Assembly: GCA_963522115.1 (NCBI GenBank)
Contig: CAUQWN010000001.1
Span: forward strand, 212,916 to 276,915
Direction of reading: 5' to 3'
DNA length: 64,000 bases
Source: an uncultured Candidatus Saccharimonas sp.
GTDB lineage: Bacteria > Patescibacteriota > Saccharimonadia > Saccharimonadales > Saccharimonadaceae
The notes under the pieces were generated by a model that had not been told where the DNA came from, did not search any database, and was given only the letters and a program-made list of their open reading frames with translations. Made by a program: the position numbers and the translations under genes. Numbering within the stretch: position 1 is the stretch's first letter; the number at the start of each line of letters is the position of its first letter. This document shows, piece by piece, positions 1 to 9,651 of this stretch.

Positions 1-689
1 GCTGGGTTAATTATTGTTGAAGATCCGATTGATGTTGCGAGAGATCCTGCAATTAAAACTGCCAAGTATAAACCACCGCCAACGCCAAGTGCTTTTGCCA
101 TATTTCCGTTCTTTTTATTTGAAGTTATGGTTGCGACAGAAAATGCAAAAATAAATGAGCCAATAAATTCAGCAGCAAGCGCTAGCATTTCCTTGTCCTT
201 TGGGATCGGGTTTGCAGTGAATAGAGTTGGTTTTTGACCATATGATTGTAGAGTATCTTGTGCACCGACAAAGGCGTTTAAAAGCATAAAAGCAACCATC
301 GAACCTAAAACTTGAGCAATGATATAAAAAATAGCTTTAATTGTGTTAATCCTGCGAGTTGCCCAAGCGCCGATTGTAATTAATGGGTTAACGTGAGCTC
401 CACTAATTCCTCCAGCAATCAAAACAATTGACATAAGAATAAACATTACACCGATTGGTTGACCTTGACTAATAATAATACCAGCCGCGAGTAGAAATGT
501 TCCAATAAATTCAAGCACTACCGCTGAAATAAAACTTGGTTTTGAAATTTCCTCAAGAAAGATAGTATCAGTTTTTTTGTCATTCTTAACGATAGCTTTA
601 ACCGTTTTTTCAACTTTCAAAACTTCTTCAGTTACTTTTTTGTGAGCAGTCTTTGAAGATTTCTTTAAATTGGCTTTTTTTGTTGCCAT
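1..689 (-). CDS. MIP/aquaporin family channel (3' end runs off the window)
   Basis: Manual translation from ATG at 689: MATKKANLKK...EFIGTFLL...ISGAHVNPLITIG...YIIAQVLG...EFIGSF...STIINPA. Contains the MIP SGxHxNP signature and a second NPA at the window edge. Not in the ORF track because the stop is outside the window. Confidence 0.9.
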   Translation of the reverse strand, partial: MATKKANLKKSSKTAHKKVTEEVLKVEKTVKAIVKNDKKTDTIFLEEISKPSFISAVVLEFIGTFLLAAGIIISQGQPIGVMFILMSIVLIAGGISGAHVNPLITIGAWATRRINTIKAIFYIIAQVLGSMVAFMLLNAFVGAQDTLQSYGQKPTLFTANPIPKDKEMLALAAEFIGSFIFAFSVATITSNKKNGNMAKALGVGGGLYLAVLIAGSLATSIGSSTIINP

Positions 690-767
690 CTTCCCTCCTT
701 ATTTTAACTTATGTTTATATTTTATCATAAACTTTTCGAAAATGTCAAAATCTGATACAATATAAAT

Positions 768-1034
768 ATGGCTTTATATGTAAAACAAGATGATAATCGA
801 ACTGAATTGCAAGAAAAGATTGCAGCAGAGCTTCGTGAAAAACAGATTAAAAACTCGCTCAAAGAGGGAGATGAAATTCCAAATAGTAAAGGCGAAATCG
901 TTCAGCCTGAAGATAGTGCATATCTTGAAGGAACAAAAGAAACCACAGGGCTAGCTTTTATATGGCTTTTGGTTTTTGCGGCAATTTTAGTGGCACTTGG
1001 GCTTTATATTTGGGTGGCATCACAGCGAGTTTAA
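768..1034 (+). CDS. Hypothetical protein with C-terminal transmembrane helix
   Basis: 88-aa ORF with a hydrophobic C-terminal segment; extended -10 (TGATACAAT) 6 nt before the ATG. Confidence 0.75.
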   Translation: MALYVKQDDNRTELQEKIAAELREKQIKNSLKEGDEIPNSKGEIVQPEDSAYLEGTKETTGLAFIWLLVFAAILVALGLYIWVASQRV

Positions 1035-1087
1035 TTTTTTTTAAAAATCGACAAAAAGATACTGTTATGGTATAATTAAAGATAATT

Positions 1088-2107
1088 ATGGAACAAATTC
1101 AACAGATTAGAAATGAACTTTTGGCGGAACTTCAGGTACTCGAAAACCCGAGCGATATTTTGAAATCGCCAAAAATTAAAGAACTTTATAAAATTATTCC
1201 AACTCTGCCGAATGAGCAAAAAGGTGAATTTGGCGCGAAAGTGAATGATTTAAAAAATGAAATTCAGGCTGAAGTTTCGAAAAAACTTGAAGAAAAAGAG
1301 AACGCAGAAGTTGAAGAAATTGATATTACCGCACCTTTCGCAGAAAGCTCTCGTGATAAAATTTCTCGAAAATCGCAACTTTTGAGCGCGAAAAATGGTT
1401 CAAAGCATCCGCTCCAAAAAGAGCTTGAAAAAGTGGTGGACATTTATACACGAATGGGCTTTGAAGCAGTAGAATCTCGACAGATCGATAACGATTGGAA
1501 TATGTTTGGCGCGTTAAATTTTCCTGAAAACCACCCAGCACGAGATGGCTACGATACTTTTCGAACTGAAGAAAACTTTATTCCGCCAGCGCACACCTCA
1601 ACAATGCAAAATCGTGTTTTGAGACATGGTAAAAAGCAACTTGAAGAAGAGGGTCAAATTGCGCATGTTTCTTATGGTAGAGTTTTTCGCAATGAAGACT
1701 TAGATGCTACTCATGAACATACTTTTTACCAATGTGAGGGCGTTTTTGTGAGTGAAGCAGCGAATCTCGCACAAATGCTTGGCACGCTTCATGCCTTTTT
1801 TGAAGAATATTATGGCCAAAAACTAGAAATTCGCACTCAGCCGGGCTATTTTCCGTTCACTGAGCCAAGTCTTGAATTTTTGATTGAGAAACCTGAGGCG
1901 CTTGGTGGCAAAAAAGGTGAATGGCTTGAGATGCTTGGCTGCGGGATAATTCACCCAAATGTTTTGGAAGCTGCCGGAATTGATAGTAAAAAATATCGTG
2001 GTTTTGCTTGGGGTGGCGGAATTGAACGTCTCGTAATGCTTAAATATGGAATTTCGGATATTCGTTATTTCGAAAGCGCAAAATTAGAATTTCTAAAGGA
2101 ATTTTAA
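1088..2107 (+). CDS. pheS: Phenylalanine--tRNA ligase alpha subunit
   Basis: Motifs HPARD, HTS, GRVFRNE, DATHEHTFYQCEG, YFPFTEPS, GFAWGGGIERLVML. Confidence 0.97.
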   Translation: MEQIQQIRNELLAELQVLENPSDILKSPKIKELYKIIPTLPNEQKGEFGAKVNDLKNEIQAEVSKKLEEKENAEVEEIDITAPFAESSRDKISRKSQLLSAKNGSKHPLQKELEKVVDIYTRMGFEAVESRQIDNDWNMFGALNFPENHPARDGYDTFRTEENFIPPAHTSTMQNRVLRHGKKQLEEEGQIAHVSYGRVFRNEDLDATHEHTFYQCEGVFVSEAANLAQMLGTLHAFFEEYYGQKLEIRTQPGYFPFTEPSLEFLIEKPEALGGKKGEWLEMLGCGIIHPNVLEAAGIDSKKYRGFAWGGGIERLVMLKYGISDIRYFESAKLEFLKEF

Positions 2108-2347
2108 ATGACCGAGCAAGAATGGAGAGAAATAGATAAAAAGCGATCTTTAGCGGGTTTAAAGGTTGCTTTGATATTTTTTGCCGCAGCCATTATATTT
2201 TTCGCCGGAGTTTCAGCCTTTACAGAAGAAGATACTCGTTGTGAGGATTTTAGTAGGGGCAGGCAACGTTTTTATTGTAAGATTTTCGAAAAACCTATTG
2301 CTGATATGATTAGAAATATTTTTGGATTAAGAAGGAGTGATAAATGA
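2108..2347 (+). CDS. Small hypothetical membrane protein between pheS and pheT
   Basis: 79-aa ORF starting directly after the pheS stop and overlapping the pheT start (ATGA); one TM helix and two Cys. Confidence 0.7.
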   Translation: MTEQEWREIDKKRSLAGLKVALIFFAAAIIFFAGVSAFTEEDTRCEDFSRGRQRFYCKIFEKPIADMIRNIFGLRRSDK

Positions 2348-4839
2348 TAATTTCAGTAAATTGGCTTAAAAAATTTGTTCCAGATTTGCCAGATATTGGT
2401 GAGCTTTCGAAATTGATTGGTGCAAGGCTGGTTGAAATTGAAAGTATTGAAAATTTGGGCGAAAAGTATGAAGATGTGATTATTGCTAAGGTTGTTTCTG
2501 CGCAGAAAGTTGAAAATTCAGATCATTTAAACCTATGCAAGATTGATGATGGTGGTGTAAGAAAAAATATTACTCGCGATGAAGACGGGTTTATTCAGGT
2601 GGTTTGTGGTGCGTCAAATGTGCGAGCTGGCATTTTTGTGGCTTGGCTTCCGCCGGAGTCAATTGTGCCAGAAACTTTTGGTGGTGATAACTTTAAGCTT
2701 GGTGTACGAAAACTAATGGGCTATATGAGCAACGGAATGATTGCAAGTCTTCGCGAGCTTGGTTTGGGTGAAGAACATGATGGTATTCTTGAAATTTCAC
2801 CAGAGGTTTTCGAAAACGGCGTTCAGGCTGGTGATTCTTTTGCGGATAAATTTGAATTAAATGATTTTTTGCTTGAAGTTGAAAATAAAAGCTTGACTCA
2901 TCGCCCAGATTGTTTTGGAATTGTTGGCTTTGCTCGTGAAGTTGCAGGAATTTTGGGGCAAAAATTTGTCGAGCCAGATTTTATAAGAGGCTTGAATTTT
3001 AAAGCTCAAAGCAATAAAACGGTTAAAGTTGAAATTCAAGATCCTGAAATTTGTGAACGTTACACGGCGGCAGTTTTTGATATCTCTGAAATTTTAAAAA
3101 ATCCAAACTTAACAATTGCAAAAACTTATCTTTTGCGTTCTGGAATGCGGCCAATTGATTCTATAACTGATTTAGCAAATGAACTTATGCTTGAAACTGG
3201 GCAACCGCTCCATACATTTGATTTTGATAAATTAGTAAAAATTAACGGTAGCGAAAACATCAAAATTACCGTTCGAAAAGCTTTCGAAAATGAAGAATTA
3301 GAGCTTTTAGATGGCAAAAAAATCAAAATGAACAACCAAGATATCGTGATTGCAATTGGTGAAAATGCTGAAACAGCCGTGGCACTTGCTGGCGCAATGG
3401 GTGGAGCTTCAACCGCAATTGATGAAAATACAACACGAATTTTAGTAGAAAGTGCTACATTTAATCTTTATAATTTGCGAAATACACAAATGCGTCATGG
3501 AATTTTCTCGGAGGCAATTACGCGCTTCACAAAAGGTGTTCCAGAAATGATATCGCGAAAAGTTCTTGATTTGTTTGGTGCGCGAATTTTGGAACTTGGC
3601 GGAAAACCTTTGAGTGAGGTTGTAGATTCAAATGGTGATTTTTATTACAATAAAACTGAAATTTCAGTTTCGAAAGATAAAATTAACCAAGTTTTGGGAA
3701 CAGATTTTTCGAACGAAGAAATTCGGCAAACTCTAGAAAATGTTGGAATTTTAGCAAAAAATGAAAATCCTGAAACTTTTATGATTCCATTTTGGCGAAA
3801 TGATCTACATATTGAGGAGGATTTAATTGAAGAAGTTGGGCGATTGAATGGTTATGATAATATTAAATTGCAACTGCCAAGTCGAACTTTTAAGGCGGTA
3901 AAAAAAGCAAAAATCGACTTGCTTCAATCCGAAATTCGTGATATTTTAGCAGCAAGCGGTGCAAATGAAGTTTTGACTTATAGTTTTGTTCACGGTGATT
4001 TGCTTGAAAAGGTTGGTCAAGGTCCACAAAACTCTTACAAGATTATCAATTCAATTTCGCCAGATTTACAATATTATCGCCAAACTTTAATGCCAAGTTT
4101 GCTTTCTAAAATTAGTCAAAATATTCGTGCAGGTTTTGGTGAATTTGCAATTTTCGAAATAAATAAAATCACTGAAAAATCACTCGGTTTGAATGATGAA
4201 AATGTGCCAGTTGAACAGAAGAAATTGGCGTTCGTTTATGCAAAAAATAATGGCGAAAATGCATTTTATGAAGCAAAGAATTATGCAGAGTTTCTATTTA
4301 AAAAGCTTGGTTTAAATGTAGAATTTGTAAAATTTGAAACTGAAAAATCACCACTTTCAACTGAATTTGAACCAAAACGTTCGGCCTTAATGCAAATTTC
4401 TAAAAATGGCAAAAAGATAATTTTAGGCGTGATTGGTGAGTTTAGAAAATCAGTTCAAAAAGCGCTAAAACTACCAGAATCAACTGCTGGATTTGAGCTC
4501 GATTTACAAATTTTACTTGAAAATATTGAAAATTCAAATGTGAAAATTAGGGATTTTTCGAAGTTCCAATCTGTTGAGCGCGATATTTCAATTAACGTTG
4601 AAGAAAATCGCAAATTTGCTGAAATTTTTAGTATTTTTGAGAATATTTCTGATGAATTTAGCAAAATTGATATTGAAACTTCACCAATTGATATTTTTAA
4701 TAATTGTGATGGCTCAAAAAATATTTCAATTCGATTTAAGATTACGCCTTTCGAAAAAACTTTGAACGGTGAAGAGATTCGGGAAATTATGCAAAAAATT
4801 GAAGAAAAAGCCATAAAAAATGGCGGAAAGATAATTTAG
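2344..4839 (+). CDS. pheT: Phenylalanine--tRNA ligase beta subunit
   Basis: MIISVNWLK N-terminus, tRNA-binding domain (QVVCGASN), RPDC, GQPLHTFD, RNDL..EEDLIEEVGR, C-terminal FDX-ACB (VERDIS). Confidence 0.97.
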   Translation: MIISVNWLKKFVPDLPDIGELSKLIGARLVEIESIENLGEKYEDVIIAKVVSAQKVENSDHLNLCKIDDGGVRKNITRDEDGFIQVVCGASNVRAGIFVAWLPPESIVPETFGGDNFKLGVRKLMGYMSNGMIASLRELGLGEEHDGILEISPEVFENGVQAGDSFADKFELNDFLLEVENKSLTHRPDCFGIVGFAREVAGILGQKFVEPDFIRGLNFKAQSNKTVKVEIQDPEICERYTAAVFDISEILKNPNLTIAKTYLLRSGMRPIDSITDLANELMLETGQPLHTFDFDKLVKINGSENIKITVRKAFENEELELLDGKKIKMNNQDIVIAIGENAETAVALAGAMGGASTAIDENTTRILVESATFNLYNLRNTQMRHGIFSEAITRFTKGVPEMISRKVLDLFGARILELGGKPLSEVVDSNGDFYYNKTEISVSKDKINQVLGTDFSNEEIRQTLENVGILAKNENPETFMIPFWRNDLHIEEDLIEEVGRLNGYDNIKLQLPSRTFKAVKKAKIDLLQSEIRDILAASGANEVLTYSFVHGDLLEKVGQGPQNSYKIINSISPDLQYYRQTLMPSLLSKISQNIRAGFGEFAIFEINKITEKSLGLNDENVPVEQKKLAFVYAKNNGENAFYEAKNYAEFLFKKLGLNVEFVKFETEKSPLSTEFEPKRSALMQISKNGKKIILGVIGEFRKSVQKALKLPESTAGFELDLQILLENIENSNVKIRDFSKFQSVERDISINVEENRKFAEIFSIFENISDEFSKIDIETSPIDIFNNCDGSKNISIRFKITPFEKTLNGEEIREIMQKIEEKAIKNGGKII

Positions 4840-4847
4840 GAGAAAAG

Positions 4848-5528
4848 ATGGCAACAAAGAAAAATTCATTACAAACTGGTACACCAGCTTGGCAGAGATA
4901 TTCAATTTGGGTGATTTTAATTTTAACGATCGTTTCAACTGTGGCACTTTATGTTTCTTCATTCTTACAAACTGAGAGTAATTCAGAAACACAAAAAAAA
5001 CAATCGCAAGTTTTGAAAAAATACCAAGATTACAGAAAAAAGGTTGAAGAGCAGGCGAAAGAACTTTCGGCCAAATATTACGACAGTTTTAAGGAATATG
5101 AAAAAGCTCCAGTTGCATTTAATGCTGCGAGCGTAAAAGAGCTTACGAAAAAAGATTTAAAAGAGGGTGACGGTGAAGAATTTACAGATTCAACAACGAA
5201 ATTTCAGGCTTATTATATTGGCTGGAAACCTGATGGAACAGTTTTTGATGGAAGCTTTGAAAATGGTAGATTAAAATCGCCAGTTGTTTTTCGTAAAGAG
5301 GGTAAAAAATGGGGCTTAATTGAGGGCTGGAGTGAAGGTCTAAAAGGAATGAAAGTTGGCGGAATTCGTGAATTGTCTATTCCTGCGGATAAGGCTTATG
5401 GTGCTCAGGGCTCAGTTAATCAGGAAGATTCTTCAAAAACTATTGGCCCAAATACACCTTTGAAATTTATCGTAATGTTAATTCCTGAATTCCAAGAAAT
5501 TCCACAGCCAAGTCTTGAGGAAAACTAA
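4848..5528 (+). CDS. Membrane-anchored FKBP-type peptidyl-prolyl isomerase
   Basis: N-terminal TM helix, then FKBP motifs YIGW..DGTVFD, LIEGWSEGLKGMKVGGIRELSIPADKAYG, IGPNTPLKF. Confidence 0.92.
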   Translation: MATKKNSLQTGTPAWQRYSIWVILILTIVSTVALYVSSFLQTESNSETQKKQSQVLKKYQDYRKKVEEQAKELSAKYYDSFKEYEKAPVAFNAASVKELTKKDLKEGDGEEFTDSTTKFQAYYIGWKPDGTVFDGSFENGRLKSPVVFRKEGKKWGLIEGWSEGLKGMKVGGIRELSIPADKAYGAQGSVNQEDSSKTIGPNTPLKFIVMLIPEFQEIPQPSLEEN

Positions 5529-5529
5529 A

Positions 5530-6471
5530 ATGACTGATTTGGTAATTATTGGTTCAGGGCCATCTGCGTTGAGTGCGGCAATTTACGCTGCACGAGATGG
5601 CTTGAGTGTGCGAGTTTTCGAAAAAGCGGCTTTTGGTGGAATTGCAACAACTTCAGATTTAATTGAAAACTATCCAGGCTTTGATGAAGGAATTTCTGGG
5701 CTTGAGCTTTCAAAAAAAATGCGAATCCAAGCTGAAAAATTTGGTGCAAAATTTGATTATGGCGAAGTTTTAGGTTTTGAAAATCTTGGTAATTTTGTGC
5801 GATTAGATATTGATGGTGAAAAATTTGATTCAAAAACAGTTTTGATTGCAACGGGAAATTCATATAGAATGCTTGGCCTGCCACGAGAAGAAGAGTTTTT
5901 TGGGCGAGGTGTTCATACCTGTGCAACTTGCGATGGCCCATTCTATGCTGGAAAGGATTTGATTGCAGTTGGTGGCGGTAATTCTGCGGTAACTGAGGCC
6001 CTATTCTTGAGCCGATTTTCAAAAGTTAAGCTTTTAGTTCGAGGCGAAATTTCGGCGCAAGCTGTCTTGCAAGAGCGACTTTTTGAAGCAGTTAAATCTG
6101 GCAAAATTGAGTTATTTTTAAAAACTGAAATTGAGGAATTTCTTTTCGAAAAGGCTGATTTTGGTGAAAAAATTATTGGTACTCGTATAAAACAGCAAAC
6201 TAAAGAAGGTGAAAAAACTTTTGAAATTAAAGCTGCTGCAATTTTTGAATTTATTGGATTAATTCCGAATTCTGGTTTTGCAAAAAAATCTGGTGTTGAA
6301 GTTAATAACTATGGTGAGATTGTTGTAAATAACAATTTCGAAACAAATATTCCAAGAGTTTATGCTTCTGGCGATATAATTGAAAATGCACAAAAACAGA
6401 TTGTGGTAGCTGCAGCAACCGGTGCTCAAGCGGCAATAAAAATCTCAGAATTTTTACACAATGAAAAATAG
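5530..6471 (+). CDS. trxB: Thioredoxin-disulfide reductase
   Basis: GSGPSA FAD motif, IENYPG, CATCDG redox motif, GGGNSA NADPH motif. ATG at 5530 preferred over the TTG at 5515. Confidence 0.92.
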   Translation: MTDLVIIGSGPSALSAAIYAARDGLSVRVFEKAAFGGIATTSDLIENYPGFDEGISGLELSKKMRIQAEKFGAKFDYGEVLGFENLGNFVRLDIDGEKFDSKTVLIATGNSYRMLGLPREEEFFGRGVHTCATCDGPFYAGKDLIAVGGGNSAVTEALFLSRFSKVKLLVRGEISAQAVLQERLFEAVKSGKIELFLKTEIEEFLFEKADFGEKIIGTRIKQQTKEGEKTFEIKAAAIFEFIGLIPNSGFAKKSGVEVNNYGEIVVNNNFETNIPRVYASGDIIENAQKQIVVAAATGAQAAIKISEFLHNEK

Positions 6472-6540
6472 GGTTATATTGCCCTATTTTAGTTTTTGAA
6501 AAAGTGAAAAATATCCTCAAGCGTGATATAATGGAATATA

Positions 6541-9123
6541 ATGAAAAAGTTAGTGATTATTGACGGAAAAAGCGTATTTTATCGGGGCTACTACGCTATG
6601 GGTAATTTGAGTCTTGAAGACGGAACGCCCACAGGTGGTGTTTATGGTTTTGCCAGTTTAGCTTTTGAGGTTATTCGAAAATTAAAACCAGATTATGTGG
6701 TTGTGGCTTGGGATAAAAAAGGAACTTCAACTGCAAAAAGAAGTGCGATTTATCCTGAGTATAAAGCTGGGCGAAAAAAAGCGCCAGATGATTTCTATGA
6801 ACAGATTCCACTTTTAAAGGACTTTTTGAAGACTTTAGGTTGGCCTCTTTTCGAAACCGACGGCTATGAGGCTGATGATATTTTGGGGACTTTAGCGGTT
6901 CAGGCAAATAAGCTCGGAGTTGAAGCAAATTTGATTACTTCTGATCTTGATATGTTGCAATTGATTGATGAAAATACTAAAGTTTTTGCAATGAAACGTG
7001 GATTTTCGGATATCGAAGAATTTGATCTTGAATATTTTGAGAATAAATATGGATTAAAACAATCTCAATTTTTAGATTTAAAAGCACTTCAAGGTGATTC
7101 TAGCGACAATATTCCAGGTGTGCCAGGGATTGGTCCAAAAACTGCTACGCAACTTTTGCAAGAGTTTTTTACGCTTGAGGGAATTTATGAAAATCTTGAA
7201 AATATCAAACCGGCTTGGCGAAAAAAACTTGAAGCTGGTAAAGATTCAGCGTTTATGAGTAAAAAAATTGCTGAAATTTTTCTTGATGCACCGGTTGAGC
7301 TTAACTTTGAAGATGCCGATATTCGTAACTTTAATTATGAAGAAGTTTTAAAAATGCTTCGAAAGCTTGAATTTAATTCTTTGCTCCGAAAAATTCCAAA
7401 AGAGATGAAAACTGGCTCAGAGGATTTTGAAACAAAAAATGAAAACCAAATTGGGCTTTTTGAAGAAGTTCTAGAATCTTCTGGGATCAATACTTTGCCG
7501 GAAATTTCTGCTGAAAAGTTTTTCGAAAAACCACAAGATTTGGTTTTCTTTGATTTTGATACTCAAAAATTAAAAATTTTAGTTTCGAATTTTGAAAATA
7601 TTGCAGAATTTAATTTTATGGAATTTTCGAAATTTGCTGATTTCTTCAAAAATGTAAAAACAGTTTTCTTTAATGCAAAAGAAGCATTTCATAAAATTTT
7701 TAATGCTGGTATTGATTTTGAAGATTGGGGTGAAATTTATGATATTGAGCAATTGGAATTTTTGTTAAATGCTTTAATCCGCGATAAAAGTTTGAGTGGA
7801 ATTTATGGCGAAAAAATAGATGAAGATGATTCGAAAGTTCGAATTTCAGCAATGCGGATTATTTTTGAGCGTCAACAAAAAAAGCTTGAAGATTTGCCAA
7901 GAATTCGTGAAATTGCTGAAAAGTTAGATTTCCCAATGAGCTTGGTTCTATTTAAAATGGAAAAAGCTGGTGTTGAAATTTGCCCAGAGATTTTTGCTAA
8001 AATGAGCGAGGAATTTGCTGGTGAAATTTCAAAGATTGAAAAGGAGATTTTTGAAATTGCTGGGCGAGAATTTAATGTTGCTAGTCCATTGCAGCTTTCG
8101 AAAGTTCTTTTTGAAGATTTGGGCCTACCGACAAAAGGTATTAAAAAATCAAAAAATGGCTTTTCGACAGGGCAAAAAGAGCTTAATAAATTACGAGAAT
8201 ATAGCCCAATTATTGAAAAAATTGAGCAATTCCGTGAATTTTCGAAATTAAAAAGTACCTATGTTGATGCTTTGCCAAAATTAGCAGATGAAAAGAATCG
8301 GATTCATAGCAATTTTGCGCAAGATGTAACAACAACGGGGCGGCTTTCTTCAAGTAATCCTAATTTGCAAAATATACCGATTCGTTCCGAGCTTGGGCGG
8401 CGTATTCGTGAGGGCTTTGTGGCGAAAAAAGGAAATTTACTAGTTTCAGCAGATTATTCGCAGTTTGAATTGAGATTGGCGGCAGTTTTGGCAAACGACA
8501 AGCCTTTGATTGAGACTTTTGAGAAAGATTTAGATATTCACGCAAAGACTGCGAGCGAGGTTTTTGGCGTTCCGATTGATGAGGTTTCGAAAGAGCAACG
8601 ACGCGTTGCTAAAATTATCAATTTTAGCGTGCTTTATGGCGTTGGGGCTCATAATCTTTCTGGCACGATTGGAGTTGGTTTTTATGAGGCGAAAAAATAT
8701 ATTGAAGAGTATTTTAATGCGCACAAACCGATTCGTGAGCTTATGGATAATACATTGAAAAAAGCTCAGGATGAAGGTTTTGTAGAGACATTTTTTGGGC
8801 GAAGGCGACCAATGCCAGATATAAAATCGAGTAATTTTATGATTCGCGAGATGGCAAAGCGAGCAGCTCAAAATATGCCAATTCAAGGCACTGAGGCAGA
8901 TTTAATGAAGCGAGCGATGTTGGCTGTTGATGAAAAAATTGTAAAAGCTGGGCTTGGTGAACAAATTTTGCAAATTCATGATTCAATTTTGGTGGAAGTT
9001 CCAGCTGAAAATACTGAAAATGTGGCAGAAATTTTAAAGCGAGAAATGGAGAACATAGCTCCAGAATTAAATGTTAAATTAAAGGTTGAAGTTTCTATTG
9101 GCAAAGATTGGTTGAATATGTAA
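6541..9123 (+). CDS. polA: DNA polymerase I
   Basis: 5'-3' exonuclease (YKAGR, EADD, GDSSDNIPGV) and family A polymerase motifs (TGRLSS.NPNLQNIP, DYSQFELR, AKIINF, QIHD); the central proofreading region looks degenerate. Confidence 0.97.
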   Translation: MKKLVIIDGKSVFYRGYYAMGNLSLEDGTPTGGVYGFASLAFEVIRKLKPDYVVVAWDKKGTSTAKRSAIYPEYKAGRKKAPDDFYEQIPLLKDFLKTLGWPLFETDGYEADDILGTLAVQANKLGVEANLITSDLDMLQLIDENTKVFAMKRGFSDIEEFDLEYFENKYGLKQSQFLDLKALQGDSSDNIPGVPGIGPKTATQLLQEFFTLEGIYENLENIKPAWRKKLEAGKDSAFMSKKIAEIFLDAPVELNFEDADIRNFNYEEVLKMLRKLEFNSLLRKIPKEMKTGSEDFETKNENQIGLFEEVLESSGINTLPEISAEKFFEKPQDLVFFDFDTQKLKILVSNFENIAEFNFMEFSKFADFFKNVKTVFFNAKEAFHKIFNAGIDFEDWGEIYDIEQLEFLLNALIRDKSLSGIYGEKIDEDDSKVRISAMRIIFERQQKKLEDLPRIREIAEKLDFPMSLVLFKMEKAGVEICPEIFAKMSEEFAGEISKIEKEIFEIAGREFNVASPLQLSKVLFEDLGLPTKGIKKSKNGFSTGQKELNKLREYSPIIEKIEQFREFSKLKSTYVDALPKLADEKNRIHSNFAQDVTTTGRLSSSNPNLQNIPIRSELGRRIREGFVAKKGNLLVSADYSQFELRLAAVLANDKPLIETFEKDLDIHAKTASEVFGVPIDEVSKEQRRVAKIINFSVLYGVGAHNLSGTIGVGFYEAKKYIEEYFNAHKPIRELMDNTLKKAQDEGFVETFFGRRRPMPDIKSSNFMIREMAKRAAQNMPIQGTEADLMKRAMLAVDEKIVKAGLGEQILQIHDSILVEVPAENTENVAEILKREMENIAPELNVKLKVEVSIGKDWLNM

Positions 9124-9228
9124 TAATATATATTGTAAAATATATTTTTGCGGTGCAGTCTTGATTTTTAAAACGCTTTTGTTTATAATTATTTTAGGAA
9201 ATATTTTTAAGGTGGAGGGACTTAGATA

Positions 9229-9651
9229 ATGAAACATAAAATATTATTTGGTGTAGTTTTAGCTATTGCTGTTTTGAGCGCAGGGCTAAACTTAGTGCAA
9301 GTAATTAAAAATAAAAATGATATTGCTGCAATGAAAAACCCTGTTGGTTCGGTTTGTGGGGACGATATTATTAATAAATATAACAACATTAAAGGCAAAA
9401 AAGAAGAATACGCTAAAAACGCGAAAGCTTTAGGCGATGAGATTTCGAAAAAGGCAGGAAACGAGAAAGATTCCAACTGTGTTATAATGCGGCTTTTTAT
9501 TGGAACGGAAAATCAGGAACAAACATTTAAAAATCTTGAAGAAATGGTCAATAAGGGTCAAAACCCAAGCTTAAAAATTAGGGGTGTTGATTATATTGAA
9601 CATCTTAAGCCCTCAAGTTTAAAATATGAAAATGTTGGAGATTTATTTTAA
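9229..9651 (+). CDS. Hypothetical secreted or membrane-anchored protein
   Basis: 140 aa with an N-terminal hydrophobic signal and two Cys; GGAGG SD; stop directly abuts the next ATG. Confidence 0.8.
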   Translation: MKHKILFGVVLAIAVLSAGLNLVQVIKNKNDIAAMKNPVGSVCGDDIINKYNNIKGKKEEYAKNAKALGDEISKKAGNEKDSNCVIMRLFIGTENQEQTFKNLEEMVNKGQNPSLKIRGVDYIEHLKPSSLKYENVGDLF

